A stretch of DNA of 64,000 nt from Minisyncoccia bacterium (GTDB taxonomy: Bacteria > Patescibacteriota > Minisyncoccia > Phycocordibacterales > CALRBL01), in contig JBBRNV010000003.1 in assembly GCA_038230075.1 (NCBI GenBank), forward strand, positions 29,329 to 93,328, in the 5' to 3' direction. Of the stretch, positions 22,385-30,871 are shown piece by piece (within the stretch, counting starts at the first letter, position 1; every line of letters begins with the position of its first letter). The notes below the pieces were generated by a model, which had not been told where the DNA came from, ran no database searches, and saw nothing but the letters and a program-made list of their open reading frames with translations. Position numbers and translations under genes: made by a program.

Positions 22385-22413
22385 TTGACTTTTATCAACA
22401 AATGAGCTATAAT
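22385..22413 (+). promoter_or_regulatory. sigma70-like promoter for the sortase gene: TTGACT, 17 nt, TATAAT
   Basis: Near-consensus hexamers; the -10 ends 6 nt before the ATG and no SD is present, so leaderless transcription is likely. Confidence 0.55.
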
Positions 22414-22419
22414 GTTCCC

Positions 22420-23103
22420 ATGTCAAATTTGAAATCTATGTTAAAAAACTTGCTTTCTACCAACGAAATAATCTTTATTTCGATCTTTGGTCTTGTCTTT
22501 CTTTTCTCTTTTGTTGGACTCTACCTCTTTGGAGCTGTGCCTGATGAATTTCGGTACTCTATGAACAATAACTCTATTATTGATAATGTTGAATCTCTTA
22601 AAGATGGAAAGGAAGGCCTCACTAATTTACAAAATACAAATGCCGAATACGACAATAGTACTATTGGTCTTAAACCAACTCGTATTGTTATTGCAAACGC
22701 CAGTGTTGATTATGCAGTAGAAAATCCACAAAGCACTAATGTGAATATTCTCGACGAAGCCCTTAAACGTGGAGCTGTTAGATACCCAAGTTCAGGAACT
22801 CCTGATAAAGGAAATATGTTTATTTTCGGCCATAGTACGAGCTTTAAGGTGGTAAACAATAAAGCCTATGAAGTCTTTAATAACTTGAAAGAATTGAAAG
22901 CTGGAGATGATATTAAAATCATTACTGACAAAGAAACCTTTATCTATAAGGTACGAACCGTTGATCTAGTTGATAGTCGAAAAGCACTTGTTGACCTTTC
23001 AACTGACAGACACATGCTCACTCTTTCAACATGTAATAGCTTCGGAGCTAGTTCTGACCGATATGTTGTTGAAGCTGACTTTGACCACACAGAAACTATA
23101 TAG
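22420..23103 (+). CDS. sortase-family transpeptidase
   Basis: N-terminal TM anchor; conserved His (MFIFGHSTSF); catalytic Cys in TLSTC (the TLxTC sortase signature). Confidence 0.7.
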   Translation: MSNLKSMLKNLLSTNEIIFISIFGLVFLFSFVGLYLFGAVPDEFRYSMNNNSIIDNVESLKDGKEGLTNLQNTNAEYDNSTIGLKPTRIVIANASVDYAVENPQSTNVNILDEALKRGAVRYPSSGTPDKGNMFIFGHSTSFKVVNNKAYEVFNNLKELKAGDDIKIITDKETFIYKVRTVDLVDSRKALVDLSTDRHMLTLSTCNSFGASSDRYVVEADFDHTETI

Positions 23104-23157
23104 TAGGCTCTCACAAAAGTAGGGAATTACTACTCAAATAAGACCACAATGAAGTAC

Positions 23158-23185
23158 TTGACAAATCCTTTAATTATGATATGAT
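23158..23185 (+). promoter_or_regulatory. sigma70-like promoter: TTGACA, 16 nt, TATGAT, about 190 nt upstream of the GC-rich ORF
   Basis: Consensus -35 and good -10; the downstream leader holds two perfect hairpins, at 23270-23308 and 23320-23339. Confidence 0.45.
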
Positions 23186-23374
23186 AGTAAATGAAAGTAG
23201 AGTACATTAAAAACTTGTCAGACTAAAAAAAGAAAGTGTTGGTTGTAACAGGTTAAGAGATTCATTGGTGAAGGAAATAAGAACGAATTATTTGTTTTTA
23301 TTTCCTTCACTAAACAAAGTCTGCTTCTCACGAAGCAGATGGTGAATACTCAAACCCAGTAGACCCACACGACC

Positions 23375-24460
23375 ATGCCCACACCCTCCGAAATCCGCAA
23401 TCTCCGCCGCGCCGTTACCGCCGCAGCTGGAGACGTCACCCGCACGTGCTCCGAGAAGCAGGCCGCTGAGCTCGCGCTCCGCAACGCCCGTTCCGCCACC
23501 CCCGTCGTTCCCGCCAACGTGACCGCCGCTGAGCTCGCGCTCAGCAACGCCACCACCGCGCACGACGAGGCCCTAGAAGTCCACGAGGAAGCCCAAGAAG
23601 AACTCACCACCACGACTGCTCCCCAGCCGTCGTTCGTCAAGAAGAATTGGATTCCGCTCAGCATCGCTGTTGCGGCCGTCCTGGTCCTTCTCATGATGTT
23701 CATGTTCATGATGTCCCGCATCGCTTCTTCCGAAGCGCGCGCGAACAACATCGCGAACACGACCCAGACGGAGATCACCCGCCTCGAAGCCGCCAAGGCC
23801 AAGGCCACCAGCGAAGCTTCCCAGGCCGAAGCCGCCAAGGCCAAGGCTGTCGCCGAAGCCGCCAAGGCCGAAGCCGCGCGTCAGACCGCGCTCGCTGAAG
23901 CCTCCCAGGCCGAAGCCGGGCGTCTGCAAGCTGAACGCAACGCCAACGCCCTGAACGAAGCCGAAACCGCCCGCCAAAAGGCCGCCGCTCAAAAGGCCGC
24001 GTCCCTCCCAGCGAAGCGTTTCGACCTGGCCGCCGGTGAAATCCCGACCAAGCCCAGCATGTGGGCCATTGTCGAAGGAGGCATTGTAACTTCGAACACC
24101 TTGGCCAACTCCAAGCAGTTCGTGCCAGCAATGGGTGACACGATCGTCCTCACCGACGCCGTGACCCTCATCCATGTCGAGATGCCCCTCCTGAACAAGG
24201 ACGGATCGCCCGCCATGCGCGCCGACGGTATCACTCCCGTCGGAAAAGTTTGCATCTTCAAAGGCATCGGCATCGACGGACAGCGTTACGACTTCGCCCT
24301 CAAGGGAGGTCTGCGTGTGACCTTCGTCCCGCAGGGTAGCAATGGCAAGGTGCGTGAGCAAGAGCTCGCGACCCAGCTGCCTTCCGGCAATCGGCCAACC
24401 GCGGTTCAGACTCCGATGGTGCCCGTTCGTCGCGCCATTGCGGTTCCTCCAAAGTCCTGA
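23375..24460 (+). CDS. hypothetical single-pass membrane protein with an Ala/Glu/Lys-rich coiled-coil; about 65% GC island
   Basis: GC3-rich codons on the + strand, central TM helix (PLSIAVAAVLVLLMMFMFMM), AEAAKAKA repeats, duplicated AAELAL(R/S)NA segment. Confidence 0.55.
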   Translation: MPTPSEIRNLRRAVTAAAGDVTRTCSEKQAAELALRNARSATPVVPANVTAAELALSNATTAHDEALEVHEEAQEELTTTTAPQPSFVKKNWIPLSIAVAAVLVLLMMFMFMMSRIASSEARANNIANTTQTEITRLEAAKAKATSEASQAEAAKAKAVAEAAKAEAARQTALAEASQAEAGRLQAERNANALNEAETARQKAAAQKAASLPAKRFDLAAGEIPTKPSMWAIVEGGIVTSNTLANSKQFVPAMGDTIVLTDAVTLIHVEMPLLNKDGSPAMRADGITPVGKVCIFKGIGIDGQRYDFALKGGLRVTFVPQGSNGKVREQELATQLPSGNRPTAVQTPMVPVRRAIAVPPKS

Positions 24461-24491
24461 CAAGTCTACTCCAACAGGAGTCCCACTAAGT

Positions 24492-24545
24492 GGCCAGCAA
24501 GTAATCGAGTTCGCTCGAAATCCTTTGCTGGCCATTTTTGTTTAT
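24492..24545 (+). terminator. hairpin with T-run after the GC-rich ORF
   Basis: GGCCAGCAA ... TTGCTGGCC stem (24-nt loop), followed by ATTTTTGTTT. Confidence 0.4.
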
Positions 24546-24628
24546 ATGATTTGACTTTTTATACTATCTAATGTATAATGATTCTACTTATCCGTAAGAC
24601 GATAGGTTATCAAATTAATAATACTTTT

Positions 24629-26338
24629 ATGAACACATATACAATTATCAAAAAATTATCAGCAGGATTTCTAATCTTCGCTACTATTGCGGTATTTTCA
24701 GTGTCACAAGTGACACCTGTTCGTGCAGACGGAGAAGATGAAGGTGATGGATATGCAACGAACTACTTTGGTTCAGGTTCAGACTTTGGATCATATGGAT
24801 CAAATTACGAAACTCCTTCATATGCAACTAATTACGAAACACCGTCTTACGCAACAAACTATACTCCATACGCTACAAACTACAATTCTCCATCTTACGC
24901 TTCAAACTTTGATGCATTCGCAACAAACTACCAAACTCCTACATACGTAACAGACTACGGAGCTTTCGCAACAAACTATCAGACAACATCATATGTAACT
25001 GATTACGGAGCATACGCTACCAACTATGAAACTCCTACATATGCAACAAACTACCAAACTCCTACATATGCAACAGACTACGGAGCTTATGCAACAAACT
25101 ACCAAACTCCTACATATGCAACAGACTACGGAGCTTATGCAAGTAATTACCAGACTCCATCATACGCAACAGACTATGTTGCTTTTGCAACAGACTATGG
25201 TGCTTTCGCAACAAATTATAACTACCCAACAAACACATCATGTTCAACTTGTGGAACTACGTATAACCCAACTACATGTTCAACATGTGGATCAAGTTAC
25301 ACACCCACAACATATGTAAGTACACCTTCTTACAACTACCCAACAAACACATCATGTTCAACTTGTGGCACTTCATATGTTCCTCCAGTTCGAACACCAA
25401 CATATAACCCTCCGGTTTACACACCTACAACATACACACAGCCACCTACATACACTCCTCCAACATATGTTCCTCCTGTGCGATGTACAACTTGTGGAAC
25501 AATTCCTACAACACCTGTAGTGTATAATCCACCAACATACAATCCTCCTACATATAACCCTCCAACGTATATTCCTCCAGTTTACAACCCACCTGTATAC
25601 ATTCCTCCAACAACTTGTTCAACATGTAACTATGTTCCTCCTACCTACAATCCTCCAGTTTATTACAACAATAACTACACAGCATATTGTGTAGGAACAA
25701 CACGAGGAAACTCAATTGAATGGAATATCTTCATTACAAACAACATCTACCACTTTACTCCAATAGTGTCATGGACAGGATCAAACGGATTCTATGGATA
25801 CGGTTCAACTGCTACTTACACATATCCAAACGGAGGTGTGCAGACAGCAAATGCAACTGTTAACTTGAATGGTCAGATTCAGAATGTGTCATGTACTTCA
25901 ACAACTGGTGGTGGATACGTTTCAGTTAATGAAAATCCAGGTGGAGTATATCTAAGTTCAATTCCTGCTACTGGCCTCTCAGCCAATATGAAGAACGTTC
26001 TCTTCATGGTAGGACTCCTTATGTGGTCAGCCTTCCTTGCATACATGTACGTTGCACGACGAAACTCTTCAATGAAATTCGCTCATGCACTTAACGGAAA
26101 TGCAGCAGGAGACTCTGTCTCAGAAGATGCAAGCGCATCAACTGAAGTAATAAGTCAGTCAGTTGATTCAAAAATCTCTGATATGGCTCGAGCAAAGAAT
26201 GTACTTCTTTCACACGACGCACTTCAATCTCTTGTAAATGCAGGTGAGTCACATGCATCAGCTGTACTTGCAAAGGTTGCAAACAATGGTGAATGGTCAA
26301 CTCTGAACAAAGCGAAAGTAGAAGAATTGTTAGGATAA
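24629..26338 (+). CDS. secreted repetitive surface protein with a C-terminal TM helix
   Basis: Signal peptide; tandem YATNYQTPT-type repeats; PPTYNPPVY Pro-rich repeats; three NTSCSTCG(T/S) units; IPATG followed by a hydrophobic helix and RR, then a roughly 100-aa tail. Confidence 0.65.
   Translation: MNTYTIIKKLSAGFLIFATIAVFSVSQVTPVRADGEDEGDGYATNYFGSGSDFGSYGSNYETPSYATNYETPSYATNYTPYATNYNSPSYASNFDAFATNYQTPTYVTDYGAFATNYQTTSYVTDYGAYATNYETPTYATNYQTPTYATDYGAYATNYQTPTYATDYGAYASNYQTPSYATDYVAFATDYGAFATNYNYPTNTSCSTCGTTYNPTTCSTCGSSYTPTTYVSTPSYNYPTNTSCSTCGTSYVPPVRTPTYNPPVYTPTTYTQPPTYTPPTYVPPVRCTTCGTIPTTPVVYNPPTYNPPTYNPPTYIPPVYNPPVYIPPTTCSTCNYVPPTYNPPVYYNNNYTAYCVGTTRGNSIEWNIFITNNIYHFTPIVSWTGSNGFYGYGSTATYTYPNGGVQTANATVNLNGQIQNVSCTSTTGGGYVSVNENPGGVYLSSIPATGLSANMKNVLFMVGLLMWSAFLAYMYVARRNSSMKFAHALNGNAAGDSVSEDASASTEVISQSVDSKISDMARAKNVLLSHDALQSLVNAGESHASAVLAKVANNGEWSTLNKAKVEELLG
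24770..25215 (+). repeat. in-frame tandem nucleotide repeats (27-nt and about 54-nt periods) encoding YATNY/YATDYGA units
   Basis: Near-identical copies such as actcctacatatgcaacagactacggagcttatgcaacaaactaccaa occur repeatedly. Confidence 0.8.
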
Positions 26339-26341
26339 TAA

Positions 26342-26433
26342 AAAAGAAAAACACTAGATTTGTTACTCAGTCCTCAGTCTTCAGAATCTTATTGAAGGCT
26401 TGCAGGATGGTTTCAAACTAGTGTTTTTCTTTT
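26342..26433. terminator. long inverted repeat between the convergent repeat-protein gene and hisS
   Basis: AAAAGAAAAACACTAG ... CTAGTGTTTTTCTTTT 16-bp stem with a roughly 60-nt loop; runs of A on one side and T on the other. Confidence 0.5.
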
Positions 26434-26435
26434 GC

Positions 26436-27725
26436 CTACGTAAGCGCTTTCACCAACTCTTCAAAAGAAACTGATGTCTCTTCGCTCGTTTTTAAGTTCT
26501 TCAATTTGTAAGATCCAGTTTTTTCTTCATCTCCGATCACGATAATATTTGGAATTGATAATTTATCTGCGTTCTTTATTCGATCGCCAAGACTTTTTGT
26601 TGTTGGATCAACCGAAACATTAATTCCTTCACTTCTTAATTTTGTTGCTAGGTTTTCAGCAAGTTCAATGTGTTGAATTCCAAAAGGAATTAACGCAAGG
26701 TGAGTGTGAGGAAGTAATTTAGGAATGAGTCCATATGTTTCAAGCATGTCTTTCATGGTGACATCACCCATGCCGAATCCTGCAGCAGGAATGTCACGAT
26801 CGATAAATAATCCTACTAATCCGTCATATCTTCCACCTCCAAAGAGTGATCGATTGTTATCTTTATGAGTATCAAAGATTTCGAAAATGATTCCAGTGTA
26901 GTAATCGAATCCACGCATTAACTCGTGGTCAAGAACAACATTGGTGATTCCTCGTGCAGTTAGTATTGCAATAACTTCATTCACTTCCTGCAAGGCTTCT
27001 TTAATAGGAAGAAGAGCTAAAGCTTCTTGGTACTCTTCACTTGATTCTTTAAGGCTCAGAAAATGAAATGCTTTTCCGACAATTTTTTCAGCATCTCTTT
27101 GAAACTCATCTTCAGTCATTTTCTTTTTTCGATCAATCAATTTTGAAAGAGCTTGAGCTTTTTCATCTGATAATTCATACCACTCAGTCATGATTGCATT
27201 GATGAGACGTTTTGAACTTACTTTAATTTGAAACTGATCATCTTTGACTCCAAAGTTTTTTAAGAGTGATGAGGCGATTTGAATCAATTCAATTTCTGCA
27301 TCTTTTGTTGGAATACCAAAGACATCGGCATTTAATTGCCAGTGTTCACGAAGTCTTCCTCGTTGTGGTCGTTCATAGCGAAAAAGATTTGGAATTGAGT
27401 AAAGTCGAAGAGGGAAACCTAGTTCGCGATTTCTTCCTGCAACTAATCGGGCTACACTTGGAGTCATTTCTGGTCGAAGTGTTACTTCACGTTCCCCTCG
27501 ATCAATAAATGAATATGTTTGTTCATTAACAATTTCCTGACCAGATTTCGCACGATATAATTCTGCAGGTTCGAGAACTGAAACATTGTATTCTTCGTAT
27601 CCGAACTGTTCGAGAGTTTTTCTCCAGATAGAAAACATATAGTTTTGTACTCGTAAATCTTCAGGGTAAAAGTCACGAACACCTTTGTATGGTTCGGTCG
27701 ATAGTTTAGAAGAAGCATCTTTCAT
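26436..27725 (-). CDS. hisS: histidine--tRNA ligase
   Basis: Class II aaRS motifs (FRYERPQRGRLREHWQ, GGGRYDGL) and a C-terminal anticodon-binding domain. Confidence 0.9.
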   Translation of the reverse strand: MKDASSKLSTEPYKGVRDFYPEDLRVQNYMFSIWRKTLEQFGYEEYNVSVLEPAELYRAKSGQEIVNEQTYSFIDRGEREVTLRPEMTPSVARLVAGRNRELGFPLRLYSIPNLFRYERPQRGRLREHWQLNADVFGIPTKDAEIELIQIASSLLKNFGVKDDQFQIKVSSKRLINAIMTEWYELSDEKAQALSKLIDRKKKMTEDEFQRDAEKIVGKAFHFLSLKESSEEYQEALALLPIKEALQEVNEVIAILTARGITNVVLDHELMRGFDYYTGIIFEIFDTHKDNNRSLFGGGRYDGLVGLFIDRDIPAAGFGMGDVTMKDMLETYGLIPKLLPHTHLALIPFGIQHIELAENLATKLRSEGINVSVDPTTKSLGDRIKNADKLSIPNIIVIGDEEKTGSYKLKNLKTSEETSVSFEELVKALT

Positions 27726-27765
27726 ATGTACATTCTAAAGGATTTACTTCAAAATACCAATACGA

Positions 27766-28539
27766 ATGAATACTATTCAGCCAATATATAAAAAGAAGGG
27801 AGAAACTCCGCTTGAGGCGATTGAGCGTTTTCGAGATGAGCAAATTATTAAAGGCGATCAAAGTTTTGAGGAGGCTAGGCTGACTTATTTAGGAAGACTT
27901 GATCCAATGGCTGAAGGAGTATTACTTGTTGGAATTAATGTAAATGAAGAAGAGCGGAATCAGTATCTACACTTAGATAAAGAATACATTGTCGATATTT
28001 TGTTTGGAATCGAAAGCGATACATGGGATGCGCTTGGTATAGTGAAAGTTGATGAAAATTTGTTAAATAAAACTTCATATATTATTGATCAGTCTGTGCT
28101 TCAGGAAGTTGTTGAAGATTTTGTTGGAACTCATCAGTTGCCATATCCGTTATATTCTTCAAAACCAATTTCTGGAACACCACTTTTTTCGATAGCTCGC
28201 ATGGGGGGTTCTGTTGAAGAACTTCCAACAAGAGACATGACATTTCTTTCTATTGAAATAGTGAGTACCGAAAAACGCGCATTCTTAGATATTCAAAAAG
28301 AAGTAATCGAAGATATTAAAAAGGTGAGTGGTGACTTTAGACAACAAATTATTACAGAATCATGGCAAACAATTTCAATACCTTCTGAGCAAGAGATGAA
28401 TATGGTGAGAGTAAAGGTGAAATGTACGAGTGGAACCTATATGCGAACTTTGGCCCATGAAATTGGCCGTCGACTTCAAACTTCTGCCATAGCATGTGGC
28501 ATAATTCGTACAAAAGTAGGCGAATTTGAAATAAATTGA
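27766..28539 (+). CDS. truB: tRNA pseudouridine(55) synthase TruB-like
   Basis: GRLDPMAEGVLLVG matches the TruB catalytic motif (GTLDPxAxGVL). Confidence 0.65.
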   Translation: MNTIQPIYKKKGETPLEAIERFRDEQIIKGDQSFEEARLTYLGRLDPMAEGVLLVGINVNEEERNQYLHLDKEYIVDILFGIESDTWDALGIVKVDENLLNKTSYIIDQSVLQEVVEDFVGTHQLPYPLYSSKPISGTPLFSIARMGGSVEELPTRDMTFLSIEIVSTEKRAFLDIQKEVIEDIKKVSGDFRQQIITESWQTISIPSEQEMNMVRVKVKCTSGTYMRTLAHEIGRRLQTSAIACGIIRTKVGEFEIN

Positions 28540-28561
28540 AAAGCTCAGTTGTACCAATAAT

Positions 28562-29062
28562 ATGAAACGAAAAAAACGAATTAACCAAACAATTATTAAC
28601 TCAATGCTTGGGGTTGCTGTCATGGCCTCAGGTTTAGGAATTTCTTCATACGCTCATGCAGACACGGGTATTAGTAATAACATTACAAATCGTCCGGCTC
28701 ACACTCGTACATTTCGATCAATGGCACCGAGAGTATTCGGAAGAGTAACTGCGATTAACGGAACAACAATTACTCTTGTAGGTTCTACGCACATTTCTGG
28801 TGAGAACCACAAAGATAGTACTTCAACTACTATTGCTGTTGCTCCTACTGAAATTACCTACACAATCGACGCAAGTTCTGCCAAAGTAATGAAAAATTTT
28901 GCATCAGCCACAGCAACTCTCACCGATATTTCAGTTAACGATAAGATAATGGTTGAAGGAACGATAACTGGAAGTAATGTACTTGCCGCAACCATTTTTG
29001 ACGGAAAATTCTCAGCTGGTCATGGCAAAATTGTTAAAAACAGGCACCACCATATGCACTAA
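28562..29062 (+). CDS. hypothetical secreted protein with a His-rich C-terminus
   Basis: Signal peptide (AVMASGLGISSYAHA); tail KNRHHHMH. Confidence 0.45.
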   Translation: MKRKKRINQTIINSMLGVAVMASGLGISSYAHADTGISNNITNRPAHTRTFRSMAPRVFGRVTAINGTTITLVGSTHISGENHKDSTSTTIAVAPTEITYTIDASSAKVMKNFASATATLTDISVNDKIMVEGTITGSNVLAATIFDGKFSAGHGKIVKNRHHHMH

Positions 29063-29071
29063 GACCAGAGG

Positions 29072-29100
29072 TTGCATTAAAAGTCAATATGTAGTATAAT
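29072..29100 (+). promoter_or_regulatory. strong sigma70-like promoter: TTGCAT, 17 nt, TATAAT, about 95 nt upstream of the RRM gene
   Basis: Hexamers read directly with consensus spacing. Confidence 0.6.
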
Positions 29101-29191
29101 ATCAGCGATTCGTTAATTTCTCTTTACGCACACATTGTATGGTCGTGGGGAAGGTCGGACGATTCGATTAAACATAAGACACACTATACAA

Positions 29192-29497
29192 ATGGCAAAA
29201 AAATTGTACGTAGGGAACCTTTCATGGGGAACTACAACAGAAAGTTTGAAAGAAGCTTTCTCTCAGCTTGGTGAAGTCACAGAAGCAATCGTTATGATTG
29301 ACAAAATGACTAACCGAAGCCGAGGATTCGGATTCGTTACTATGGCAGACGACGCTGCAGCAGATGCAGCCGTAGCCAAGTTCAACGGTTCTGATCTTGA
29401 TGGTCGTCAACTAACTGTGAACGAAGCTCGACCTCGAGAAGATCGACCACAGGGAGAACGAGCACCTCGACGAAACTTTGATGATCGACGATTCTAA
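29192..29497 (+). CDS. RRM-type RNA-binding protein with an RG-rich tail
   Basis: RNP2 KLYVGNL and RNP1 RGFGFVTM motifs. Confidence 0.85.
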   Translation: MAKKLYVGNLSWGTTTESLKEAFSQLGEVTEAIVMIDKMTNRSRGFGFVTMADDAAADAAVAKFNGSDLDGRQLTVNEARPREDRPQGERAPRRNFDDRRF

Positions 29498-29550
29498 TAG
29501 CGGTGAGATCTCGCAAGAGATTTCAAAACTATAAAATCTTGTAAATCAAG

Positions 29551-29590
29551 TTAACAAAATACCCACACGTAGAAATACAGTGGGTATTTT
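29551..29590 (+). terminator. rho-independent terminator after the RRM gene
   Basis: AAATACCCAC ... GTGGGTATTTTGTT hairpin with T-run. Confidence 0.6.
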
Positions 29591-29624
29591 GTTAACTGAG
29601 TGTATACTGTCGAATACATTTATC

Positions 29625-29975
29625 ATGAGCAAAAAAGATTACGAACGATATAAAGAACTTGCTCGAACTCTTGTTCATGAACGAATTCTCTATTTTAAAG
29701 AATTTTATAAAATAAACTTTGAGACTGATTTTTTGTTTAATCGAGTTGCTATCAAAAATTCAAAAACACGATGGGGAAGTTGTTCGAGTAAAAAGAATTT
29801 AAATTTTAATTACAATATTATTCATCTTCGGCCTGAAGTTGTTGACTATTTAGTAGTTCATGAGCTTTGTCATTTAATACAAATGAATCACGGGCCAAAT
29901 TTTTGGAATTTAGTTGAAAAAGCAATTCCTGACTATAAAAACTTAAGACGAATATTGCGAGCGGTGAGGCTTTAA
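29625..29975 (+). CDS. DUF45/YgjP-like zinc metallohydrolase (HExxH)
   Basis: HELCHLIQMNH zinc-binding motif and the YgjP-family context (WGSCS...). Confidence 0.6.
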   Translation: MSKKDYERYKELARTLVHERILYFKEFYKINFETDFLFNRVAIKNSKTRWGSCSSKKNLNFNYNIIHLRPEVVDYLVVHELCHLIQMNHGPNFWNLVEKAIPDYKNLRRILRAVRL

Positions 29976-30047
29976 TTGATAGAATCTTTATATTTTGACT
30001 ATTTTTTCATATCATATAGGCTTCGAGCAGAGCTTTTTTACGTTAGT

Positions 30048-30800
30048 ATGTCGGTCAACCCAAAACCCCATGTTCCTATGTCAGAACCTAAAGAGAAAAA
30101 CAAAGACATTCGCTTAGCCCTCGAGGCGGCAGGAGTGGTCCACCGTGGTCACTTTGTTTACAGCAAACCAGACCCTGCTGGCCAAGGAGATCATGGTGAA
30201 GTCTACGTCAACAAAGACGGGATCTATACCAAACCCGAGTTCGTTCGTGATCTCTGTGAAGAAATGGCTGATGAATTGCGGCCTATTATCGCTCAGTTTC
30301 CGAACGCGTCAGTCGTCGTCGGACCAGAGAAGGGTGGGATCATTCTTGCTCAGTGGCTGGCCTTCAGCCTGAACCTTTTGCTTGAGGCACAAGGAAGTGA
30401 GCCTTGCTTTCGCGCTGTCTTTGCAGAAAAGAAGGCCGGAGGTGGCTTCTTTCTCGGTCGTGGTTACGACTTAATCGTTCGCGACCGAGATGTCATTGTC
30501 GTCGAAGACATCCTCAACTCGGGCGGGAGCGCCAAACAGGCTGTTGCTGCAGTTCGTGACGCGGGAGGAAATCCTGTTGCACTCACTGCCATTTGGAATC
30601 GAGGTGGTGTGACCGCGGGTATGATTGGTGGCCCACATCTGTTTTCGCTCGTCGATATGCAGTTCAAGAAATACACGTGGCAAGCATGTCCAATGTGTGC
30701 GGAGGGAGTTCCAGTTCGCACCGACCTCGGCCACGGTCAGGCATTCCTCGATCGCATGCAAATGCGCGTTCTCGATGGTCGAAATACACCACTCGATTGA
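30048..30800 (+). CDS. type I phosphoribosyltransferase (orotate PRTase-like); GC-rich gene
   Basis: PRPP-binding loop DVIVVEDILNSGGSA; about 58% GC with GC3-rich codons; start codon uncertain (30048 or 30078). Confidence 0.6.
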   Translation: MSVNPKPHVPMSEPKEKNKDIRLALEAAGVVHRGHFVYSKPDPAGQGDHGEVYVNKDGIYTKPEFVRDLCEEMADELRPIIAQFPNASVVVGPEKGGIILAQWLAFSLNLLLEAQGSEPCFRAVFAEKKAGGGFFLGRGYDLIVRDRDVIVVEDILNSGGSAKQAVAAVRDAGGNPVALTAIWNRGGVTAGMIGGPHLFSLVDMQFKKYTWQACPMCAEGVPVRTDLGHGQAFLDRMQMRVLDGRNTPLD

Positions 30801-30821
30801 AGGTGTGACTGATTGCCAATG

Positions 30822-30860
30822 CAAAAGGCGGAGTCTCTCGCGAGACTCCGCCTTTTCACA
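30822..30860. terminator. GC-rich bidirectional terminator between the PRTase gene and typA
   Basis: GGCGGAGTCTC-TCGC-GAGACTCCGCC 11-bp stem flanked by AAAA and TTTTC. Confidence 0.75.
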
Positions 30861-30871
30861 TTCCAATATTT

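Noticed and set aside
23573-24535. Long minus-strand ORFs (320 aa, 171 aa, 118 aa, 94 aa) overlapping the GC-rich 23375..24460 gene
   Set aside because: High-GC DNA produces long stop-free frames on the antisense strand. Their translations are Arg/Gly/Ala low-complexity with no start context. The + strand frame has consistent GC3-rich codon usage, a TM helix and a promoter, so it is the real gene.
24770-25215. Possible CRISPR array, suggested by regularly spaced repeats
   Set aside because: The repeats are in-frame coding repeats (YATNY units) with no unique spacers, no leader and no cas genes. It is a protein tandem repeat, not CRISPR.
25930-26050. IPATG + TM + RR read as a definitive LPXTG sorting signal
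   Set aside because: Not accepted as definitive, because about 95 residues follow the charged anchor, whereas genuine sorting signals sit at the extreme C-terminus. It is kept only as a hypothesis in the findings.
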